NCBI GenBank assembly: GCA_016287065.1
Contig: JAEEVB010000001.1
Span: forward strand, 1 to 32,515
Direction of reading: 5' to 3'
DNA: 32,515 nucleotides
DNA from: Muribaculaceae bacterium
GTDB taxonomy: Bacteria; Bacteroidota; Bacteroidia; Bacteroidales; Muribaculaceae
This document shows positions 26,068-32,515 of the stretch, one piece after another. The notes beneath the pieces were generated by a model that was not told where the DNA came from, did no database searches, and saw only the letters and a list, made by a program, of their open reading frames with translations. Both the position numbers and the translations under genes were made by a program. How positions within the stretch are numbered: the first letter of the stretch is position 1; each line of letters starts with the position of its first letter.

Positions 26068-27936
26068 CTATGCAGCACGCATGAAATCGGCCGGCCTGAG
26101 TTTGGGTGTGAGAGGGTTTTCATTAGCCACAAGCAGGGCGATGCCTCGTGACATGACAATGTCGTCGTGCTTGCCATCGACGGCACCATACCTGCCATTC
26201 TTCTTGAGTTCATACCAGCTATACTCGTCGATGGCCTCGTGGTCGTGCTCGATATAGAGCCTGTCGCGAATCCAAGCAATGAGCAGTGCCACCAGACGTG
26301 ACTTTGAGTCACTGTTGGTATGGAAACCGGGCCGACGAGTGCTTCTCAAATAGACATTACTATAATGGTGCATGATGAATTCAAGCATGCCACCGGGCGA
26401 TTTGCTCTCGCCCTTATCCCTGTCGAGCGAATTGCTCTCGAAGGCGAGCAGAGCGTTGTCGTAATAGGTGGCGAGTTGTGCCGCCTTCCAAGCAAGCTGG
26501 TCGTGGTCGATGTGTCCGCGCCATTGCGCCACCACCTCGGGCTTCTGGTCGCGGTCTTCCTTACGGTCGAGCACGGTGATGACCGAGAAGTCGGCCTTGT
26601 CGGTGCGTCCGCCAATGTCGACGGCAACCACATATCGCGACTTGAACTGAGACTTGACAGGACGGGCCCAGATCTTGAGGCACTTGGTTCCGTCGGCATA
26701 GGTCATGATATTGTGAAGCGAGTCGGGCGGATTGGAAACGATGTTGCCCGTGAAAATTGGCGGGCGGCAGTCGCATCGCATGGCATCGAGGCTCGAGAGG
26801 TCGAAGACACAGTTGCCCGAGTTGGCAAAAGCCTCGAGGGCGGTTGTGGGGAACTCGGCCATCATGAGGTGATGACTGGAATAGGCCTTGCGCTTGGAGT
26901 GATACCAATGAATCATCTCGAGGGTGCAGCCATGCTCGAACCACAGGTCGCGCTCATAGTCGTCGAGTGACTGCCACAACGCCAGCGGGTCGATCACCGG
27001 TTTGCGATAGATTTCAATCTCGTACCAGGGCACAAAGACAGGCTGCTTGTCGCTGACGTGACCGATGGCACTGAGCCACTCGTTGTGAAAGAAATTGCCC
27101 ACACCATTGGCAGTGGATTCGAGCACAATCATGGAAAGCTGGCCCAGCAAAATGGTGCCATCGACCGAACGAATGATGTCGAAGGGGTCGTGGTGTGGAC
27201 TCTGCGGCCAGAAGCCCACCTCGCTGAGGTGTGCCATAGCCACATCGAACCCCCGCACGGCATCTTCGCTATAGGCCGAACCCATGATGACAAGGCAGTC
27301 GCGCGGCTCGATGACCTGGGTCTGCCGGCTGCCCTCGAATGAGCGGAACCTGAGCGGACGCCCCTCATCGAGATACTCCTTAGGGTAATAGCGCAGCAAT
27401 CTGGAGTACATACCCTTGATGGCACTGGATGTGTTGCGCTTGTGACCGCAAATGAGGCTATTCCAATTCTTGCGCAATACAATCTGAATCCAGGCCATAT
27501 ACATGAGAATGAGGGTGGAGCCACCCCACTGTCGTGCCTTGAGCAAGATGAGACGAATGCCATCGCCCGAACGCCGTTGCCGTTCGAGTTCGGCCAGCAC
27601 ACGGCGCTGTGGAGCGTTGAGGTGGAGTTTCACATTGCGCCCGCTCACCTTGTGGCGCACAGTGGCACAGGTGGCACACCAGAACTCGAAGTCGTAACGC
27701 AAGCGGGTGACGTTGAAGAGGTGCATGTCGTGAACGATGTCGCGGGGTTCGTTGGCGAGCATCTCGGTGGGAACAAATACGCGCCCCACCCCATCGACAT
27801 CGACAGGGGTGCGCTCGCCACAGGCACCAATGCCGGCAAGAGGGTCGTAGCGGGTAACGAGTGCCTGATTTCGCCGCCGGTTTTCCTGCAGGAGCTGTTC
27901 GGCGGAATATTGGGGATGGATGTTTGTGTTTTTCAT
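26068..27936 (-). CDS. Phage terminase large subunit
   Basis: Walker A LKARQWGGST, Walker B AHLSE, coupling motif ESTANG, nuclease motifs VAVDIGG, DFS, HDDIV. Likely start is MKNTN at 27936 rather than 28092. Confidence 0.9.
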   Translation of the reverse strand: MKNTNIHPQYSAEQLLQENRRRNQALVTRYDPLAGIGACGERTPVDVDGVGRVFVPTEMLANEPRDIVHDMHLFNVTRLRYDFEFWCATCATVRHKVSGRNVKLHLNAPQRRVLAELERQRRSGDGIRLILLKARQWGGSTLILMYMAWIQIVLRKNWNSLICGHKRNTSSAIKGMYSRLLRYYPKEYLDEGRPLRFRSFEGSRQTQVIEPRDCLVIMGSAYSEDAVRGFDVAMAHLSEVGFWPQSPHHDPFDIIRSVDGTILLGQLSMIVLESTANGVGNFFHNEWLSAIGHVSDKQPVFVPWYEIEIYRKPVIDPLALWQSLDDYERDLWFEHGCTLEMIHWYHSKRKAYSSHHLMMAEFPTTALEAFANSGNCVFDLSSLDAMRCDCRPPIFTGNIVSNPPDSLHNIMTYADGTKCLKIWARPVKSQFKSRYVVAVDIGGRTDKADFSVITVLDRKEDRDQKPEVVAQWRGHIDHDQLAWKAAQLATYYDNALLAFESNSLDRDKGESKSPGGMLEFIMHHYSNVYLRSTRRPGFHTNSDSKSRLVALLIAWIRDRLYIEHDHEAIDEYSWYELKKNGRYGAVDGKHDDIVMSRGIALLVANENPLTPKLRPADFMRAA

Positions 27937-27958
27937 AGTAAAAAATAATAATCGGTGG

Positions 27959-27966
27959 CAAAGATA
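27959..27966 (-). promoter_or_regulatory. -7 box TATCTTTG directly upstream of the terminase
   Basis: TAnnTTTG followed by a short AT-rich leader to ATG 27936. Confidence 0.55.
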
Positions 27967-28039
27967 GGGATTGGGCATGATGGAAGAATATGGCGATTGC
28001 ATATAAAGTTCCCAAAAACAAATGATGAAAACATCGTGA

Positions 28040-28085
28040 AAGCACGAAAAAACGCCCGCAGCTGTGATGCCACGGGCGTTAAGTC
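28040..28085 (-). repeat. 46-bp direct repeat copy 1 containing an intrinsic terminator
   Basis: AAGCACGAAAAAACGCCCGCAGCTGTGATGCCACGGGCGTTAAGTC; stem AACGCCCG/CGGGCGTT with a T-tract on the minus strand. Confidence 0.9.
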
Positions 28086-28111
28086 TCAGCAATTACATCA
28101 AGACACCAACA

Positions 28112-29134
28112 TCAAAAATATGTTTTCACCGCAAAACGGAATTGCTCGATAAAGATTCTCTTGAATGCCGAAATATTGTTTTGTTCATAAAAAAGCAACA
28201 TCGCTTTTTTATAGTCGATGCTATCGACTGTTCTGAACGATATCGGACAATAATTGTTGGCAATGAGAATCGCATTGCTGATGATTCGTGCAGCACGCTT
28301 GTTCCCGTCATTGAATGGCTGGATATAAGACAACAAGACCAAAACAAGAAGAGCCTTGTCGAATACATTGTTGCAAGAGTTAACCAAGTCACACGTCTGC
28401 TGCAAAGCTTCACGAATTTGAAACTCGTTCTCAATTGGGCGATAATTGGTTCCAGTGATGCCTACTCGCCGCGTGCGGATGTTACGGTCAATTCCCAAAT
28501 CTCTTATCAGAAGGCTGTGAATGTCTTCAATGTGTGAAATTGACAGAGTCTCCAGATAATCGGGATTGGCAACAATAAAGTCGAGCGCTTCTTTATGATT
28601 CAGCAACATAATGGCCTCCTCTTTCGTTTTGCCCTGAGCAGTCTGCCGTTCTTTGAGCAGCCTTTCGGTTTCGAGCAGAGAGTAGGTGTTGCCTTCAATT
28701 TGTGAGGATTTCCAACTCAAGTCAATGCCCAAACGCTCCATCTCCTTATGACGCTGGATATCATTCAATTGAGAAAAGTGCTCCACGAACAGTGATTGAA
28801 GTCTATTCAATTCACTCATCTCATCGGAAGTAAATAAACTGCTATATCGGTGTAATGCCGGAATCAAACCGAAGTTAAATCCTTCCTGAACTTGACGCTC
28901 ATCAACCTCTTTACTATAATACTCATCTAAATTAACCGGCAAGAACAATGGGGAAGCCGAATAACGTGTTGCTCGAGCCTTGCCTTCGGCCACCACATAA
29001 TTGTTGCCAACCAATTCGCTCAGAATACGCTTGATGGTCGACAGGCTCATCTCAGCAGCAAAAGCCTCGCTTATTTGCTTTGACGAACATCCAGGATGTT
29101 GAATAATAAAATCTAAAACAGCTCTTTTTTTCAT
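28112..29134 (-). CDS. Fic-domain protein with N-terminal winged HTH
   Basis: HTH-like SLSTIKRILSELV; inhibitory SSQIEGN; Fic motif variant IQPFNDGNKRAAR. Likely start is MKKRAV at 29134. Confidence 0.92.
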   Translation of the reverse strand: MKKRAVLDFIIQHPGCSSKQISEAFAAEMSLSTIKRILSELVGNNYVVAEGKARATRYSASPLFLPVNLDEYYSKEVDERQVQEGFNFGLIPALHRYSSLFTSDEMSELNRLQSLFVEHFSQLNDIQRHKEMERLGIDLSWKSSQIEGNTYSLLETERLLKERQTAQGKTKEEAIMLLNHKEALDFIVANPDYLETLSISHIEDIHSLLIRDLGIDRNIRTRRVGITGTNYRPIENEFQIREALQQTCDLVNSCNNVFDKALLVLVLLSYIQPFNDGNKRAARIISNAILIANNYCPISFRTVDSIDYKKAMLLFYEQNNISAFKRIFIEQFRFAVKTYF

Positions 29135-29147
29135 TGCTTTAATGTTT

Positions 29148-29223
29148 ATTGGCTCACAAAGGTAATACAATCGGCTCATTTTTACAAGAAAATCGGCTCA
29201 TTTTGGTCATAATTTGAGCCAAT
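29148..29223 (-). promoter_or_regulatory. Fic promoter (TACCTTTG, 29164-29157) inside a GGCTCA operator array
   Basis: GGCTCA at 29151, 29173 and 29195 (22-bp period) plus inverted TGAGCC at 29215. Confidence 0.7.
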
Positions 29224-29311
29224 ACTCACATTTTGATGATCTGATTCAAGTTTCTGGAAACAGTATGGAATCTAAAAAAGAGAGATAATCTGCACGTGCT
29301 TTCACGCGCGT

Positions 29312-29357
29312 AAGCACGAAAAAACGCCCGCAGCTGTGGTGCCACGGGCGTTAAGTC
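29312..29357 (-). repeat. 46-bp direct repeat copy 2 containing the terminator of the YARHG gene
   Basis: 45 of 46 bases identical to 28040..28085. Confidence 0.9.
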
Positions 29358-29392
29358 ATTTTGAAGAAGTGCTGTTCAGTAGAGCATGGTGA

Positions 29393-30349
29393 TTATTGTT
29401 CATTGCTGCTCTCGGCGGCCTTGATGAGGTCGACATTGAACTTCTCGATGTCGCTGAGCTGGATGTCGGCATTGTCGGCCACCGGGCGGTACCAGGGTTG
29501 CTTGGAAAAGTACTGCTGCAGATCGGGAGCCGAGAAACGATAGCCGTGACGTGCCCAAATCTCGTTGCGGATGAGGCGCAGCGTGGCTTTGTCGAAGCTG
29601 CCCAGCAACGACGGAGTGACCAACTGAGTCGAAGCCCAAGCCCACATACCCTGGCCGTAAGGCGAACTGGTGCGGGTGAGTGAGGTCACATTGTCGTCGG
29701 GAGCGAACGCCTCATTGTAGGCATCAAACTTACCATGCCACAGGTCGACGCCCTTGGTGGTGAGATGCATCTCATACTGTGCTCCACCAGCGGCTGTAAT
29801 CACATTGCTGGGAATCTCATACATTTCCTCTATCTTGTAGGGCTTGAGGCTGCTCTCGCCGGACAACTGGCATTTGCCATCGGTAGAAAAGACGAACTTG
29901 TTGCCTGCATGGTCGACATAATTACCAGCGTAGATGGTGTGATAATCGTCGAGCATTACCTGTTCCAGACCGCCGTCGAATTGATAGAGCACGGTGTTCA
30001 AGGCGCCCTTGCCGTCATAGAACACGAGCACTTGCTTGCCCGCTACGGTGTTGAGCGTCACACGATTGCCTGGACGCAACAGGTATGACACATTCATCGA
30101 ATATTCGTCGCCTGGCACATTCTCGGCAAGGGTGTATTCACCCGCCTTGGTTGTGGTCTTGAGAGCAAATTGGGAACCGCCCTCGTGCAAGGAACCGCCC
30201 ACGAAGTGGATGGTGCCATCACGGTCGATGGCATTGGCGTGGTAGAAAGTGAAGCCATCGTGCCAGAAGGTGCCTTTCTGCACCTTTTGCGCCAGCATGA
30301 CCGACGTTGTGGCCATGAGCATGGCAATAATGAGAGATATGCGTTTCAT
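29393..30349 (-). CDS. Secreted YARHG-domain protein
   Basis: Signal peptide; LRLIRNEIWARHGYRF...YFSKQPWY...LSDIEKFNV. Confidence 0.9.
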   Translation of the reverse strand: MKRISLIIAMLMATTSVMLAQKVQKGTFWHDGFTFYHANAIDRDGTIHFVGGSLHEGGSQFALKTTTKAGEYTLAENVPGDEYSMNVSYLLRPGNRVTLNTVAGKQVLVFYDGKGALNTVLYQFDGGLEQVMLDDYHTIYAGNYVDHAGNKFVFSTDGKCQLSGESSLKPYKIEEMYEIPSNVITAAGGAQYEMHLTTKGVDLWHGKFDAYNEAFAPDDNVTSLTRTSSPYGQGMWAWASTQLVTPSLLGSFDKATLRLIRNEIWARHGYRFSAPDLQQYFSKQPWYRPVADNADIQLSDIEKFNVDLIKAAESSNEQ

Positions 30350-30399
30350 AACCGAGAAAAATTAATTCTTGCTTTAGACTATAAATGAGGGGCGAGAGT

Positions 30400-31773
30400 T
30401 TAATACTGGATGTAGTGATAATCGTTCTGGATGCAGATGAACTGGTCACCAATCTCGCGCAGAATCATGGTCGAGTAGCTCTCGGCACCATAGCGCACCA
30501 CATAGAGTTCGAGACCGGCTTCGGTGCCCATCATGCAGTGGATGCTTGGAGCGATGCCGAAATAGTCGCCCTCGTCATCGACATGCCACACCGACTGGTG
30601 CGCCTCGGCTTCCTCGCCATTGAGTTCGGCATAATTGTCCCACGACGACACTAGTTCGCCCTCGGCAAAGCACACCACGCTGCCCAGCGCCACGCCGCCC
30701 TGGTCCTCGAACTGGACAGCATAGAACATGCGCTCGTTGGCCTCACATCCTGCAATCCACCTGATTTCCTTGATGGGGCGGTTTTCGTAACGGTCGGCGA
30801 TTTGTTTCAGGAAATAGTCATTGCCCAGGCCCACAATCTGTTCGGGTTCTTTCCAGCGGCTGAACTGCAGAGGATTGTGGGTGCGCAGGAACGATTCCTT
30901 GACCACCACGGGGCAGGCCTCATGGCTCTGGTAGCCACGGAACATCTTCTTGGTGAAGCTGGGGTCGTTGAGTTTGTAGCCATAACGATACAGGTCGTTG
31001 TCATATCCCAGATTTCCCGTGAAAGTGATATTGCCGACATGCGGCTTGAAAATCATGCGGTTATAGGCACTAGCATCTTTCACCGGATCTTCGCAGAGTG
31101 CCACGAACTTGTTTTTAGCAATGTCGGGCTCCACAAAGATGGGCCGCTCGCGCAGGGTGATGTCGGTGTTGGCTTTCAAATATTTTCCGCACATGTTGAA
31201 TTCTTCCCAACCCATGTCGTCGGGGTTATACTCGCGCGTGAGTTTGGCGCGTTTCAGGAAGGCCTTGGCCTTCGACTCTGGATAGTTGTTTCCCTGGTCG
31301 TCGAGGTAATAGGTTTTGAGGTCGTCGTCGGGCGTGGCCTCTTCAATCTCGATGAAGGGGGCTTTGACCGCCTTGCTGCCCTCAATGAGATAATACTTGT
31401 TGACGAAAGCACCCGTTCCAGCACTACCGCCCACAGTAACGAGATTGCCGTTGACGCTCATGCGCATCCTGTAGTTCTCGTGCGTGACCAGCACGGGTTT
31501 GCCGTTGCTGAAGGTGAACAGTGCACCCTCTTCGTTGTTGCCGTTGCGCACCCACAACTCATAATGGCCATCGCCGTCGACGTCCAGAATCTGATACTTG
31601 TCGGGGGTGTAGTGCACGGGCTGGTCGAAGTAGTCGTCGCTGCACATCACTTTTTGTATCGTTTCAATGTTTTGAGCCATGTAGGTGAGTTCTACAGGAG
31701 GGGCATCTTGAGCAGCGGTGCCGAGCGAGCAAAGCAACGCGATGCCGGTCAGTAACAGGGAGTTGGATTTCAT
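30400..31773 (-). CDS. Hypothetical secreted protein
   Basis: Signal peptide; DVDGDG Ca-binding-like motif; host-like codon usage. Confidence 0.8.
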   Translation of the reverse strand: MKSNSLLLTGIALLCSLGTAAQDAPPVELTYMAQNIETIQKVMCSDDYFDQPVHYTPDKYQILDVDGDGHYELWVRNGNNEEGALFTFSNGKPVLVTHENYRMRMSVNGNLVTVGGSAGTGAFVNKYYLIEGSKAVKAPFIEIEEATPDDDLKTYYLDDQGNNYPESKAKAFLKRAKLTREYNPDDMGWEEFNMCGKYLKANTDITLRERPIFVEPDIAKNKFVALCEDPVKDASAYNRMIFKPHVGNITFTGNLGYDNDLYRYGYKLNDPSFTKKMFRGYQSHEACPVVVKESFLRTHNPLQFSRWKEPEQIVGLGNDYFLKQIADRYENRPIKEIRWIAGCEANERMFYAVQFEDQGGVALGSVVCFAEGELVSSWDNYAELNGEEAEAHQSVWHVDDEGDYFGIAPSIHCMMGTEAGLELYVVRYGAESYSTMILREIGDQFICIQNDYHYIQY

Positions 31774-31834
31774 AAGCCTTGAGTTATAATGGTTAATATT
31801 TGTTAATCAGAAAAATAAATAAACGTTGTCACAC

Positions 31835-31865
31835 CAAATTTAGGAAAAAATAGTCATCGAGCAAA
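31835..31865 (-). promoter_or_regulatory. Promoter for the 31773 / 30349 genes
   Basis: TTTG (31865-62), 19-nt spacer, TAAATTTG (31842-35). Confidence 0.6.
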
Positions 31866-32206
31866 ATTTTAAGAGACAAATCGAACCAAATGCCAAGAAA
31901 AACCTCAAAAGGGTGGCAAAATGCCTTAGAGGTTTAAAACTGTAAGCAAAAAGGGCTGTTTTGAGGAAGAATTTAGAGTAGAAAATGGTGTGGATGAGTT
32001 GTGGTGACGGAAGTTTCAGCGATTTTTATGCCGAGTTAAAAATCCTCACTATCAGAGGTTGAGCAAAAAAAATGTCATGATGAAATATTTTTTAATTATT
32101 AAAATTTGTTATTTAGGCCAAAAGTGTCTACCTTTACGGGCTCTTATGTAGTCATGAGAGAACCTTTAACAACTAAATTGAATGTAATCATAAACCTTTT
32201 TATAAG

Positions 32207-32515
32207 ATGAAAAAGTTATTTTCTGTATTAAGTTTGTCCTTGCTGCCGCTATTGATGCAGGCAAGCGAGGCCGACCTGGTGATGCCCGAAGGCTTCGCAT
32301 CGAGCAGTTCGGCGAAGATTCTTTACTGGGGATTCCTTGTAGTAGTGCTAGGATTGCTGTTCGGATACTGGCAATTCTCACGAGTGAAGAAACTCAAAGC
32401 GCATCAGTCGATGCTTGAGATTGGTAACGTGATATTCAAGACGTGCTCAACCTACCTCAAGCAACAAGGTAAATTCCTGGGAATCCTGTTCCTGTTCATC
32501 GGTGCAGCCATCGCG
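32207..32515 (+). CDS. hppA: Membrane Na+/H+-translocating pyrophosphatase, 5' part (not in ORF track)
   Basis: Manual translation MKKLFSVLSLSLLPLLMQASEADLVMP...LYWGFLVVVLGLLFG...AHQSMLEIGNVIFKTCSTYLKQQGKFL resembles the N-terminus of membrane PPases. Confidence 0.8.
   Translation, partial: MKKLFSVLSLSLLPLLMQASEADLVMPEGFASSSSAKILYWGFLVVVLGLLFGYWQFSRVKKLKAHQSMLEIGNVIFKTCSTYLKQQGKFLGILFLFIGAAIA

Noticed and set aside
27937-28092. N-terminal extension of the terminase in the ORF track
   Set aside because: It spans a terminator repeat and a promoter box; ATG 27936 is more plausible.
28040-29357. 46-bp repeats as integron attC sites or CRISPR repeats
   Set aside because: ACTTAAC fits RYYYAAC, but the other arm reads GTTTTTT rather than GTTRRRY and there is no integrase. 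Only two copies 1.27 kb apart and no cas genes.
23331-29357. Complete prophage or phage satellite
   Set aside because: No integrase, att pair enclosing the phage genes, replication, capsid, portal or lysis genes.

Overview
Chromosomal window from a Bacteroidales bacterium. This is inferred from TAnnTTTG/TTTG promoters, AT-rich leaders, SusD and T9SS-like domains and a eukaryote-like GlyRS; a Muribaculaceae-like gut or rumen lineage is a guess. Left to right: (i) a starch locus with two tandem GH13 alpha-amylases, one carrying CBM-like modules and a C-terminal dockerin, plus a 1783-aa apparently non-catalytic protein made of starch-binding-like modules; both promoters have the same LacI-type palindrome at a fixed distance; (ii) an intact-looking IS3-family element abutting a G-rich GTAG-REP repeat; (iii) glyQS, an FKBP PPIase, a permease-HMA fusion, an M13 peptidase and a small secreted protein; (iv) a translationally coupled pair encoding an FGE-domain fusion and an LRR-dockerin-SusD fusion with no SusC; (v) an orphan phage large terminase and a putative tail/stabilization-like gene with no other phage genes nearby, the latter flanked by two candidate paralogous sRNAs; (vi) a lower-GC HTH-Fic gene bracketed by 46-bp direct repeats, with a phased operator array; (vii) a YARHG protein, a hypothetical secreted protein and the start of a membrane pyrophosphatase. 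The best candidates for new biology are a dockerin-based, amylosome-like surface system in Bacteroidales and a possibly domesticated phage packaging module. All domain calls come from reading motifs by eye; no searches were run.
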